The notes under the pieces were generated by a model. That model was not told the origin of the DNA. It worked only from the letters and a program-made list of their open reading frames with translations, and made no database searches. A DNA stretch of 64,000 nucleotides from a candidate division WWE3 bacterium (GTDB taxonomy: Bacteria > Patescibacteriota > WWE3 > UBA101185 > UBA10185): positions 155,971 through 219,970 of the forward strand of contig JAAZNV010000006.1 of assembly GCA_012798115.1 (NCBI GenBank), given 5' to 3'. Shown here piece by piece: positions 26,491-36,405 of the stretch (position 1 is the stretch's first letter; each line of letters starts with the position of its first letter). Made by a program: the position numbers and the translations under genes.

Positions 26491-29346
26491 ATGCTTGAAA
26501 TTGGAGTTTTAATACTTATTTTTATACTTTCTTACATTTTGATCTTACGAAACTTCAAATTATCTTTGTATGTTTTGATTATATTGTCTGTCTTAATGCA
26601 CAAAGAGCTTTTTAGCTTTTATACATGGGACTTAATGCCAATTAGAGTTTTCATGCTTGCCATTTTTTGTGCTGGAATAACACAAATGTTTTTGTGTTTA
26701 AAGAGAACAAAAAGTTTGAAGCCACTTTTTTCTTACCTTAAAGATCCTTTTGTTTTAATCCTTTTTCTTTTGTGGCTTGTTAGAGGTATTTCGATTTTTA
26801 ATACAAAAAATTTCCAAGCAAGTATCTCTTTATATGCTTTTTTTACAACAGTAGTAGCTTTAGGAATATACATTTATTTGACTTTTAAAGATAAACCTCA
26901 AGAACTATTAAGATATATAAGGTTTTATTCCTATGTTGTGTTTATATTAACTTTATTTGGGTTGTTTCAATTAGCTTTGTACTACAAAACAGGAAAGGTA
27001 GTTGGAGCTATGTGGCCTGTTCCAGGAAAAGTTCCAAGAGTGGGTAGTTTGTTTTGGGACGTCAATCATTATGGATCCTTACTTGCAGCTATTCTCCCTG
27101 TGCTTGGGGTGTTTATTCTTACTGACAAAGGAGCTAAGAAAAAGCTGTTAGATATTATAATGTTTGGTTCTGTTTCCTTTGCTCTCTTGTTAACTAATTC
27201 CAGGTCTGCATGGATGCTTGGAGGTTTTGCACTTCTTTCTTTTATTACTTTTCTTCTCTTAAAGAAATTTGGTTTTAAAGGTATCGTCTATATAGTTTTA
27301 GCTGTTGTTTTAGTGGCTACCCCCATGCTTGCTGAATATAGCAACAAAAAAAGCCCTTTTAGACAAAAAGTAAGAGATGCCTTTCATTATAGAATAGATT
27401 CTTTTGACTCTCATCTTATGCTTTTAACAGGAGCTTATCAGATATTTGAAGATTATCCTGTATTAGGTGGAGGTTATGGGTCGTTCTTTGAGCATTTTAG
27501 TAAAACTGAAATTGCTCCAACCTTTTTTAGTAGAGATCCTGCAGCTTTAAATACTAGAGTTCCTGCTCACACTATTTGGGGTGAAGCTTTATCAGAAACT
27601 GGAATGGTTGGCACTTCTGTGTTGATTGTATTAGCATTTCTATTTTTACTTGCTCCTTTGTACGTGTTTTTTAATAGTGATTACAAGAATGTGTCATTAT
27701 TAGGTTCTGCTATGTCATCTGTGTTTATTGGTTGGTATATTGCTGGTATCTTTTATTCTTATAACTCTGAATTCTTTTGGATTATCTCATTTCTTTATCT
27801 TGTGTGGTCCGTTGGACATATTGGTAGTGGCTACTTTAAAAAGATAATTAACTACTTCTTTGGTAAGTCAGGATTCCTTTTAACAATAATATGTTTGTTA
27901 GCTTTCTTTTTAATATTCTTTAAACTTGGAGCAAATCACTTGATTCCTTGGGATGAAGCTATATATGCAAAGGTTGCAAAGAATATGGTTGAAAATAATC
28001 AGTATTTTGTTCTCCATTGGGATAATTTAATCAAAGGATGGTTTGAAAAACCTCCTCTTTATATGTGGATGATGTCTGGCTTTATGAAAGTATTAGGGTT
28101 TACGTCTCTTGCTGCTAGGCTTCCAAGTGCAGTGTTTGGATTCTTAACTGTGATTCTAGTTTTTACTTTTGCAAATAAACTATTTAACAGAAAAACTGTT
28201 GCATTCATATCATCCTTATCTATTTTGACTACAGTTCATTTTTTGTACTATTCAAGAGCTTCTATGCTTGATGTTACTACAACTTTCTTTATCACTCTTG
28301 CTTTGTATTTTTATTGGTGTGCTAAAACAAATGAAAAGAAACCTATGTGGATGTTATCAGGTGTTTCTGTAGGATTGGCTATTATGACTAAAGGCTTTGT
28401 GGGCCTTTTGCCTCTTTTAGTGATCAGTTTATATGAAACTTATCTTTTCATATTTGAGAGACAAAAACTAGATAAGAAGCTGTTCTTAAATTATCTAAGC
28501 TTATTTGGATTTGGTTTGTTGGTTTCTGCTCCTTGGCATATTGCTATGTATAAGATGTTTGGTCAGGAGTTCATAAATAAATACTTCATTTATCACGTTT
28601 GGGATAGGGCAACTATGGCAATAGAAGATAAAGGCAATCCTTTTTTCTGGTATATTGTTGTTCTTAAGGTTAGTATGAGGATTTGGTTTATTGCACTCCT
28701 TGGAGCTTTGCCATTGGGTTTGTACTTGTCAATTAAAAAAGATAAACGATTTGTATTTTTATCCATATGGTCACTAAGTATCTTTTTCTTTTTTTCTTTA
28801 GCAAAATCCAAACTTACTTGGTATATTATTCCAATCTATCCGCCTCTTTGTATTCTCGTAGGTTATTTTATAGAAAGATGCTTGAACTTTGTTATGAATA
28901 GGTTTAAGTCTTTTAACAACGAAACGTTTAAATTTTCATCTTTATATATTTTTGTAATCCTTTCCTTGTTTTATTTGTTCTTGAATAGAAGTTTGGTGTA
29001 TACAGATGATTTGAATGGTTCAAAAGCTAAGCTCTTGGAAATGGAAAGTGAGTATTTTGGTACCAGTTACACTGTTTATATGTCAAGAATGGAAGAACCA
29101 ACTCCTCTTTTCTATCTAAAAAGCCCTTATAAAATCGTTGATTTTAGGGCAGATAAAGAAGATAGGGTTCCAAGTGTTCCTGACAATGAGCCTTTAATTT
29201 TAATCACTAAAAAGGGCAGATATTCTGAATATGTAGCTGGGTATTCTGTGCCATCAAAAATTGTTATGGAAGATGGAGATTGGGTTTTGTGGTACTTGCC
29301 TCCTAAGACAGGGGTGTTTAATCTCCTTAAGAAACCAAATAATTAA
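26491..29346 (+). CDS. Fusion membrane protein with an N-terminal O-antigen-ligase-like (Wzy_C/WaaL-like) domain and an ArnT/PMT-type GT-C glycosyltransferase domain, plus a C-terminal soluble region.
   Basis: The N-terminal domain has 'LLLTNSRSAWMLGGFALLS', 'YPVLGGGYGSF' and 'AHTIWGEALSETGMVG', which are O-antigen-ligase signatures. From about aa 470, 'PWDEAIYAKVAKNMVENNQYF...WFEKPPLYMWMMSGF' is a PMT_2/ArnT-like GT-C signature. Confidence 0.65.
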   Translation: MLEIGVLILIFILSYILILRNFKLSLYVLIILSVLMHKELFSFYTWDLMPIRVFMLAIFCAGITQMFLCLKRTKSLKPLFSYLKDPFVLILFLLWLVRGISIFNTKNFQASISLYAFFTTVVALGIYIYLTFKDKPQELLRYIRFYSYVVFILTLFGLFQLALYYKTGKVVGAMWPVPGKVPRVGSLFWDVNHYGSLLAAILPVLGVFILTDKGAKKKLLDIIMFGSVSFALLLTNSRSAWMLGGFALLSFITFLLLKKFGFKGIVYIVLAVVLVATPMLAEYSNKKSPFRQKVRDAFHYRIDSFDSHLMLLTGAYQIFEDYPVLGGGYGSFFEHFSKTEIAPTFFSRDPAALNTRVPAHTIWGEALSETGMVGTSVLIVLAFLFLLAPLYVFFNSDYKNVSLLGSAMSSVFIGWYIAGIFYSYNSEFFWIISFLYLVWSVGHIGSGYFKKIINYFFGKSGFLLTIICLLAFFLIFFKLGANHLIPWDEAIYAKVAKNMVENNQYFVLHWDNLIKGWFEKPPLYMWMMSGFMKVLGFTSLAARLPSAVFGFLTVILVFTFANKLFNRKTVAFISSLSILTTVHFLYYSRASMLDVTTTFFITLALYFYWCAKTNEKKPMWMLSGVSVGLAIMTKGFVGLLPLLVISLYETYLFIFERQKLDKKLFLNYLSLFGFGLLVSAPWHIAMYKMFGQEFINKYFIYHVWDRATMAIEDKGNPFFWYIVVLKVSMRIWFIALLGALPLGLYLSIKKDKRFVFLSIWSLSIFFFFSLAKSKLTWYIIPIYPPLCILVGYFIERCLNFVMNRFKSFNNETFKFSSLYIFVILSLFYLFLNRSLVYTDDLNGSKAKLLEMESEYFGTSYTVYMSRMEEPTPLFYLKSPYKIVDFRADKEDRVPSVPDNEPLILITKKGRYSEYVAGYSVPSKIVMEDGDWVLWYLPPKTGVFNLLKKPNN

Positions 29347-30563
29347 GGTTGAGTTAAGATTGCTTTCTTCTTTCCTTGGTGTTTCCATATTAATATCATT
29401 GTTGAAAACAAAGCTATTAAGGCTCCAACTAAGTTGGAGATTGCTATACCTTGAAGTGATAGGATTGGAGTAAGCACTATTGAAAGAATTAAAAAGACAA
29501 TAAGTTTTCCTAAGCTTATATACATAATATATTTTGTTTTTTCTTCTATGAAAAAGTAGTGTTCCATAAATGTATGAATTGATGTGAATGCAGAAGCAAA
29601 AATTAAAAGACCAAGAAGTGGTATTGATTGAGAAAATTTTTCCCCAAGAAATCTTGAGATGAATATTTCTGATGCAAATGTTCCAATAAATGCCATCACT
29701 ATTATTAAGGTTGATATGCTTAAGATTTCTTTAAAATCATACTCCATATGTTGTTTCTTTCTATATGCATTTTTTGGAAGAAGGACAGTAAACACAGATA
29801 CTGATGCTAAAGTTAGGATATTTGTTACCTTTTCTGCTATTGAAAATATTCCAACACTAGAGAAGTCTTTTGCTATTTTAGCAATAGAATTAGCTATTGA
29901 TGGCCACCCTTCATAAATTAGTTGAGATATGCCTGCTGGATATGATTCTTTTAGTAAATTTAATGTTTGCAAAGCACTAAACTTGAATTGCTTGTACTTT
30001 CTTGGAAGAAAAGTAATCATAAGTGTGCTTGATAGAATGGATAAAGAAAATACTTCAAATGTTTGAGTTAAGCTTGGGTTTATAGATTTAGTAAACATTA
30101 AAATAGCAAATGTTCCTTTTATTAATGCAGGAAATGTGTTTAAAAGTACTAAGTTAAAGAACTTTTCTTCTTTTTGAAAAATTGGATTTAGTGTGTAATT
30201 TATAGAGTAAGCAGCAAGTCCCAAGACAAAGTATAGAATTATTTTTAAATCATTGAACTTAAATAATAGTAGTACACCAACTGATATTGGGATGGATATT
30301 AAAAGAAGAATTATTTTTAATGTATAAAATGTATTCAAGAGAGACTTATCTTCTGTTGATATTGATTTAGCTACGTATACAGAATTTGTACCAAAGTCTA
30401 TTAATTTTGATGTTGCTACAAGTAGTGTTGCTAGGAGGGCATATTTTCCAAATGAATCTAGGTCTAAAGTTTTTGCTGCTGCTGATATGAAGGCAAAACC
30501 AAGTACAGCATTGAATATATTTCCAATTCCTACAAGTACTATCTTTTGGATGGATTTGTTCAT
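29343..30563 (-). CDS. Polysaccharide flippase of the Wzx/MOP superfamily.
   Basis: About 12 transmembrane segments are predicted and the layout fits a flippase in a polysaccharide locus. Start at the internal ATG 30563 avoids a 55-nt overlap with rmlD. Confidence 0.6.
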   Translation of the reverse strand: MNKSIQKIVLVGIGNIFNAVLGFAFISAAAKTLDLDSFGKYALLATLLVATSKLIDFGTNSVYVAKSISTEDKSLLNTFYTLKIILLLISIPISVGVLLLFKFNDLKIILYFVLGLAAYSINYTLNPIFQKEEKFFNLVLLNTFPALIKGTFAILMFTKSINPSLTQTFEVFSLSILSSTLMITFLPRKYKQFKFSALQTLNLLKESYPAGISQLIYEGWPSIANSIAKIAKDFSSVGIFSIAEKVTNILTLASVSVFTVLLPKNAYRKKQHMEYDFKEILSISTLIIVMAFIGTFASEIFISRFLGEKFSQSIPLLGLLIFASAFTSIHTFMEHYFFIEEKTKYIMYISLGKLIVFLILSIVLTPILSLQGIAISNLVGALIALFSTMILIWKHQGKKKAILTQP

Positions 30564-30583
30564 TATGTATATGTTAGCAGAAT

Positions 30584-31480
30584 TTAATATCCAGGTGTTT
30601 TTAACTGATATAAAAAGGAGTTTGCGCTTTCTTGCCATGTTTTAAGCTTTATGCCTAAGGATCTTTGTGTAATGTCATTTCTAAGAGTTGAATATAAAGC
30701 CCTTGGAATTTTGGATGTTTTAATAAATTCTGACATTGATGCAGCCTCAATCTTATTAGTGTCTCTGCCAGTCTTTCCAATGATGTATTTAGCAAATTCA
30801 TAGTGTGATGTTGAGTTAGTTGACGTAACATGAAACACTCCTTCTTTTTCAGTTTTTATTATTATGTTTATAACTTCGCAAAGTTCATCAATAAAAGTAG
30901 GGCATATTGTATTATCTGAGAACAAGGGATACATTGTGTTTGAGTCATACATTTGAAGAAAGAGCCTTGCAAAGTCCACTTTTTTTTCATATTTAGCTCT
31001 GTATGGGTATGCAATTCTAATTATTGTGTACTGAGTTAATGTTTTAACCATCTCCTCTGCCTTAAGTTTTGTGTATCCATACCAACTTAGTTTGTTTGCA
31101 TTATCTTCAGGTGTTGAGTTTTCATCGTAGTATTCTTCTCTTTTTTCTGTTCCAGGAAATACTAGGTCCGTACTTATGTGTATAAAGCGTATATTATTGG
31201 TTCTTGCTACATTTACTAAGTTCTTGGTTCCTTCTACATTTACCCTCCATGTTAAAGCATCTGTGTTTCCTCTTTCTGTTTCAGACTTTTTAACATCAGT
31301 GACAGCAGCAAAGTGAATTATTAAGTTTGGTTTATATGTCTGTATGTAAGACTCTACAGCCTTTTTATCTGTAATGTTAAGCTCAAGCTCAGTTGGGTCT
31401 AATATTGTTAAAACCTCAAGCGAAAGTTCTAAATACCTCGACCCTACAAGACCAGATGATCCTGTGATTAATACTTTCAT
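30584..31480 (-). CDS. rmlD: dTDP-4-dehydrorhamnose reductase.
   Basis: 'MKVLITGSSGLVGS' is a Rossmann motif. Length and gene context fit RmlD, and the gene overlaps rmlC by 4 nt. Confidence 0.8.
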   Translation of the reverse strand: MKVLITGSSGLVGSRYLELSLEVLTILDPTELELNITDKKAVESYIQTYKPNLIIHFAAVTDVKKSETERGNTDALTWRVNVEGTKNLVNVARTNNIRFIHISTDLVFPGTEKREEYYDENSTPEDNANKLSWYGYTKLKAEEMVKTLTQYTIIRIAYPYRAKYEKKVDFARLFLQMYDSNTMYPLFSDNTICPTFIDELCEVINIIIKTEKEGVFHVTSTNSTSHYEFAKYIIGKTGRDTNKIEAASMSEFIKTSKIPRALYSTLRNDITQRSLGIKLKTWQESANSFLYQLKTPGY

Positions 31481-32049
31481 ATTTTAAATTTCTCCGGAAA
31501 TAGTTGCCTTAAAGTAGGGTTATTTTCGTCTCTTTTAGATACAATTGGATTGTTGATTGGGTATTTTATATTAACATCAACATCATTCCAAATAAGGCCC
31601 TTTTGTTTAATCTGATCGTACTCTTTATCCATTAAGTACATAAACTCAAAAGGTGTTTCTCCAGTTGCTAAAGCTACTATTCCCATCCCTTCATCTTTAA
31701 ATATTGTTATTTGTTCTTTTTCTCCTGTTTCAAAGGTCTCATACCTTCCAAAGGTTTTTGATTCTGGTCTCATGTCCACTATTGCAATAAAGCCCTTTCC
31801 ATGAATGGGGTAGATAAGTTTGGAAGCAGTTTCAGAGTGTATACCTCTTAGAACACCTGGATTGGATACTGCATAATTCCATGTTTTGATGTGAAACTTT
31901 TTTCCTATCTTTTTTTCTAATAAACTAAGCTTTAAAGCTTCACGAAAGTACCCTCTAAAATCTTCAAAAGGTACTTTGTATATCACCCACAAACCATCTA
32001 TAGAAGTGCTTTTTATTACGCTTTCTGAGTAGTTGGGATCATTTTTCAT
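31477..32049 (-). CDS. rmlC: dTDP-4-dehydrorhamnose 3,5-epimerase.
   Basis: Cupin fold with 'RGIHSETASKLIYPIHGKGFIAIVDMR' and 'FEFMYLMDKEYD', lying between rmlB and rmlD. Start at internal ATG 32049. Confidence 0.8.
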   Translation of the reverse strand: MKNDPNYSESVIKSTSIDGLWVIYKVPFEDFRGYFREALKLSLLEKKIGKKFHIKTWNYAVSNPGVLRGIHSETASKLIYPIHGKGFIAIVDMRPESKTFGRYETFETGEKEQITIFKDEGMGIVALATGETPFEFMYLMDKEYDQIKQKGLIWNDVDVNIKYPINNPIVSKRDENNPTLRQLFPEKFKI

Positions 32050-32051
32050 GT

Positions 32052-33065
32052 TTATTCTTCGCCAGGCACATTTAAGAACAACCATTCCTTATGATTCATA
32101 GTCCAGTCCACAGTCTTTTTTAATCTGTCTTCAAATGGTTTTTTGAAGTCCCAACCCATCTCATGTAGCTTTGATCCGTCTAAGGAGTACCTTAAGTCAT
32201 GACCAGGTCTACTGCTATGAAAATCCACTAATTTGTATTTTAATTGCATGCCCATCATATCTGCTACCATTTGGGCAAAATCTAGGTTATTTATTTCCTT
32301 TTGACCCCTAATGTTATATTTATCGCCATTAGTTGTTTGATTGTTTATTAAAAACAACACGGCGTCAGATATATCTCTAGCGTGAATATAGAACCTGGAC
32401 CCAGGTTTTGTCTTTGTTTTATCTGTGTGGATTAACACTTCCTCTCCACGTAGTATCTTTTTCATTATCTTAGGTAGAAACTTTTCTGGATGTTGTCTTT
32501 CGCCTACAGCATTCATGCAATGTGTGATAACAATTGGAAGTTTATAAGTATTTTCATATGCTATACAAAGTTCTTCTCCCCCAGCTTTTGTTGCTGAATA
32601 AGGGTTGCTGGCCTTATATCTATCCCACTCCTTATAATCCACACCTTCTGGTGCTGGTCCAAATACTTCATCTGTGGAGAAGTATACAAATTTTTGTAAA
32701 CCTTCTACTTTCCTAGCATAATCAAGTATGTTGGCGGTACCTACTACATTATCCATTACAAATTCCATCGGGTATGTAATGGATCTATCTACATGACTAC
32801 TTGCAGCAAGGTGTGCGATATAGTCGACTTGACCAATAAAATTAATAGTAAGGTCATTTAAAGGTGCCTTGAGGTCGTGCCATACGTCTTTCACCCTAGG
32901 TTTAAATTCATCCCATCTGTCTATAGAAGCTATTCTGTTACAGGTTCCGGAAACATCCAACCTATCTAATGTGACTATATCCCAATCTGTGTTTTTTAAT
33001 ATGTGTTCTACAAAATGAGAGCCGATAAAGCCATGTGCTCCCGTAATTAATATTTTCTTTGGCAT
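32052..33065 (-). CDS. rmlB: dTDP-glucose 4,6-dehydratase.
   Basis: 'KKILITGAHGFIGSHFVEH' plus the catalytic 'YSATKAGGE' (YxxxK) are present, and the protein is 337 aa. Confidence 0.9.
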   Translation of the reverse strand: MPKKILITGAHGFIGSHFVEHILKNTDWDIVTLDRLDVSGTCNRIASIDRWDEFKPRVKDVWHDLKAPLNDLTINFIGQVDYIAHLAASSHVDRSITYPMEFVMDNVVGTANILDYARKVEGLQKFVYFSTDEVFGPAPEGVDYKEWDRYKASNPYSATKAGGEELCIAYENTYKLPIVITHCMNAVGERQHPEKFLPKIMKKILRGEEVLIHTDKTKTKPGSRFYIHARDISDAVLFLINNQTTNGDKYNIRGQKEINNLDFAQMVADMMGMQLKYKLVDFHSSRPGHDLRYSLDGSKLHEMGWDFKKPFEDRLKKTVDWTMNHKEWLFLNVPGEE

Positions 33066-33131
33066 CGTGGAACCTCCTTGTAAGAAACATTTTACAATGA
33101 CGTAATTATAACATAGTATAGGATCACGAAT

Positions 33132-34094
33132 ATGAAAAAGGTATCTGTTTTAATATCAAATACAAACACTTGTGATGTAATGCGGTTGTGTCTGCAAAAC
33201 TTAAAGAAGATAAAGAAGGAAGAATATCCGGAATTGGAAGTGATTGTAGTTGACACTTCCTCTAGAGATGACTCTGTAAGTATGGTAGAAAAAGAGTTTT
33301 CATGGGTAAATGTAATAGTAGCTCCAAATAACGGTCTTGCTGCTAGTTTAAATATTGCTTTAAAATTAGCTACAGGGGATTACATTTTGTATTTAGGGAC
33401 AGATGGGTTTCCAAAGGAAGGAACTATCAAAGGTTTGGTTGACTACTTTGAGAATATTGATAATTCTAAAGTTGGGGCTGCTACTGTTAAATTGTTAACA
33501 AGAGATGGTAGACAGGATATGGATGGTCATAGGGGACTCATAACTCCTTGGACGGCATTTACACATTTTACAAAATTAGAACTTGTTTTTCCAAAGAGTA
33601 AATTATTCGGTGGTTACTTCTTAACTTATAAAGACTTAAATAAAGAGCATGAGATAGATGCTTGTATAACCCACTTTCTTTTTGTAAGGAGGGGCGTTCA
33701 AGATCAAGTTGGTAGCTGGGACGAAGATTTTGTAGTTTATGGAGAAGATATAGATATGTGTTATAGAATAAAGGAATTAGGATGGAAGATAATGTACTTG
33801 CCTCAGTTTTTAGCAGAACACTGGAAAGGTGTTTCTGTTGGAAGAAAAATAACTTCAGACGTCAAAACCTCCAATGCGGGTATAACTCTCAAAGGTGTTG
33901 ACTATACAAAAGGTGAGCTTAGGGTTCAGATGAGAATATTGTCTACAGGAGCAATGAAGATTTTTTATGATAAGCATTTGAGAAAAAAGTATCCATTTTT
34001 TATTACATGTGTTGTTATGTTTGTGATAAAGTTTATGACCATCTTGAGGATAAAGGCTCAAGAGATAACTAATAAGAAGATGGGTATAAAGTGA
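33132..34094 (+). CDS. Family 2 glycosyltransferase.
   Basis: 'VSVLISNTNTCDVMRLCLQNL', 'VIVVDTSSRDDS' and 'YILYLGTDGFP' are present. Confidence 0.7.
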   Translation: MKKVSVLISNTNTCDVMRLCLQNLKKIKKEEYPELEVIVVDTSSRDDSVSMVEKEFSWVNVIVAPNNGLAASLNIALKLATGDYILYLGTDGFPKEGTIKGLVDYFENIDNSKVGAATVKLLTRDGRQDMDGHRGLITPWTAFTHFTKLELVFPKSKLFGGYFLTYKDLNKEHEIDACITHFLFVRRGVQDQVGSWDEDFVVYGEDIDMCYRIKELGWKIMYLPQFLAEHWKGVSVGRKITSDVKTSNAGITLKGVDYTKGELRVQMRILSTGAMKIFYDKHLRKKYPFFITCVVMFVIKFMTILRIKAQEITNKKMGIK

Positions 34095-34095
34095 T

Positions 34096-35271
34096 ATGCC
34101 AAATAAGAGTGGAGAATACATTATTGGAATAGATGCTCGTTTCTACGGTGAAGCTGGTCCTGGAAGATATGCTAAGAATATAGTTACACACTTAGAAAAA
34201 ATAGATCACAAGAATAAATATGTAATCTTCTTGAGAAAAAAAGGATTTGATTTATATAACCCAACTAATCCCAACTTCACTAAAGCTCTTGCGGAATATA
34301 ACTGGTACTCTTTTGGGGAACAGCTTGGGTTTCTTTTTAAAATATTAAAGTACAAACTTGATTTATTTTATGTGCCTCATTTTAACATTCCAATTTTGTA
34401 TCCAAAAAAGATAGTTACAGCTATACCGGATTTAATAATGCACTCATTCAGCACGGAAAAGGGAACTACTTTATGGAAGCCCTATTATAAAGTGAAGAAA
34501 TTTGTTTATAAAATAGTATTTTGGTGGGCGATAGTAAGATCAAAAAAAGTGATAGTTCCAGCAAATACTGTATTGGAAGATTTTCTTAAATATTATCCAA
34601 ACATATCCAAAGATAAATATGTAATTGCAGAAGAAGGAATAGACCCAGATCTTAAAGGTGTAGATACATCAAATAGCGAGGAAGTATTAGATAAATATGG
34701 AATCAAAAAACCATTTATTCTTTATCTTAGTAGTATGTATGAGCATAAAAATGTTCCTAGACTCGTTGAAGCTTTTATAATTCTTATCAACAAGTATGGT
34801 TACACTGGTCAGCTAGTTTTAGTAGGTAAAAAAGATAAATTCTCTAAAGAAATAGGGGAGAAAGTATCAAACATGGGTTTAAGCAATAAGATAATTCTTC
34901 CTGGTCTTCAAAGCTATGTGGATGATAAAGATGCTTGTTGTTTAAGGAAAGAGTCAAGTATATATATATTTCCTTCCCTTAAGGAAGGGTTTTCGTTAAC
35001 TCCAATGGAAGCTCAGTATTTTGGAAAACCTTGTGTAATATCAGATATATCTATTCATAAGGAAGTATATGGAGATTCTGTACTTTATTTTAATCCTTTA
35101 AGTATTGATGATATAGCTGAGAAAATGAATAAAATACTGCATGATAAGGACTTACAGCAGGAATTAATAGATAAAGGCTATAAACTAACTGAAAAATATA
35201 GCTGGGATAAAACTGCAGAAGTTACTTTAACTGTTTTTAACAACATACTGAAAAACACCCAAAGTTTTTAA
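34096..35271 (+). CDS. GT4 glycosyltransferase.
   Basis: 'ILYLSSMYEHKNVPRLVEAF', 'LVLVGKKD' and 'FPSLKEGFSLTPMEAQYFGKPCVISD' are present. Confidence 0.75.
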   Translation: MPNKSGEYIIGIDARFYGEAGPGRYAKNIVTHLEKIDHKNKYVIFLRKKGFDLYNPTNPNFTKALAEYNWYSFGEQLGFLFKILKYKLDLFYVPHFNIPILYPKKIVTAIPDLIMHSFSTEKGTTLWKPYYKVKKFVYKIVFWWAIVRSKKVIVPANTVLEDFLKYYPNISKDKYVIAEEGIDPDLKGVDTSNSEEVLDKYGIKKPFILYLSSMYEHKNVPRLVEAFIILINKYGYTGQLVLVGKKDKFSKEIGEKVSNMGLSNKIILPGLQSYVDDKDACCLRKESSIYIFPSLKEGFSLTPMEAQYFGKPCVISDISIHKEVYGDSVLYFNPLSIDDIAEKMNKILHDKDLQQELIDKGYKLTEKYSWDKTAEVTLTVFNNILKNTQSF

Positions 35272-36363
35272 GGCTGTATTTTCCCACGTAAACTCGGAAG
35301 ATATATCTTTAGCTTTTTTTATTCTTTCAAGGTCATAATTTCTGCTTATCAAGTTCACTATTCCATCTTTTATACTGTTGCTGTCCTTAGGATTAATGTA
35401 GATGGGAATATCTTTTCCAATCTCTTTAAACGCTGGAATGTTTGAAACCATACATGGTGTTTCACATGTCATTGCTTCAAGAAGTGGGAGACCAAATCCT
35501 TCTTCAAAAGAGCAATTAACAAAACCAACCGATCCAGAGAAAAGAACTGGTAGGTCTTCATCAGAAACTCTTCCTATGAAATTAACATTATTCTCAACCC
35601 CAAACTTTCTTGGTGATTCCAAAGATTCTTCAAAATCCCACCCGTTTTTTCCTGCAATCAGAAGTTTGGTATCTTGAGGTATTTTCTTTTCCTTTAGTGC
35701 TAAACTAAATCCTTCTACCATCCCTGGAATGTTTTTTCTTGGTTGTATTGTGGATACAAAAAAAAGATATGGGTTAAGTTCAACATTAAACTTCTTTCTT
35801 ATTGTTTTTATTTCTTCTTCAGACCTTTTATAGAAATTGTTTCCAACACCTTCATGTACTATTTCAATATCATCTTCTTTTCTCCATTTCCTTCTTAATA
35901 TTTCATCTTTTGTAGCTTTTGTTGGAACTATTATTTTATCTGAATGTTTTATGGCATACTTAATAGGTCTATCAATCTTTAATCTTAAAAGTGGATTGTT
36001 GTATCCGGATGTGAACCGGTATTCTAGTCCATGAATCATGGTAACAAATTTAGTTTTTCTAGTTCTTATCATGGGAATTGTATGAACAGGTGTAAAAAAC
36101 ACATCTACAGGGTTTCTAAGAAGCTTTAAGGCAATTCCTAACTGAGTCCACATAACTGGGCACTTTATTACTTTATAATTGAAATTAGGATTACCTTGTG
36201 TCAGCTCACGGAAGTATTCTTCCTTTGGTTTTGTGCTGAAGTAAATAGTATATGTACTGTTCTCATCGATCTTACTTAATGCTTTATATAAGTTAAAAGT
36301 ATATTTTTCTGGTCCAGCAGGGTTTTCTATTAGTAGCTTTTGGCCATTTAGTCCTATCTTCAT
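35227..36363 (-). CDS. GT4 glycosyltransferase.
   Basis: 'FVSTIQPRKNIPGMVEGF', 'LLIAGKNGW' and 'SFEEGFGLPLLEAMTCETPCMVSN' are present. Its 3' end overlaps the upstream plus-strand gene by 45 nt in convergent orientation. Confidence 0.75.
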   Translation of the reverse strand: MKIGLNGQKLLIENPAGPEKYTFNLYKALSKIDENSTYTIYFSTKPKEEYFRELTQGNPNFNYKVIKCPVMWTQLGIALKLLRNPVDVFFTPVHTIPMIRTRKTKFVTMIHGLEYRFTSGYNNPLLRLKIDRPIKYAIKHSDKIIVPTKATKDEILRRKWRKEDDIEIVHEGVGNNFYKRSEEEIKTIRKKFNVELNPYLFFVSTIQPRKNIPGMVEGFSLALKEKKIPQDTKLLIAGKNGWDFEESLESPRKFGVENNVNFIGRVSDEDLPVLFSGSVGFVNCSFEEGFGLPLLEAMTCETPCMVSNIPAFKEIGKDIPIYINPKDSNSIKDGIVNLISRNYDLERIKKAKDISSEFTWENTALKTLGVFQYVVKNS

Positions 36364-36405
36364 TACTTTTACATTATAACCTAAGTTCTTCTTTTAAAAG
36401 GTATA

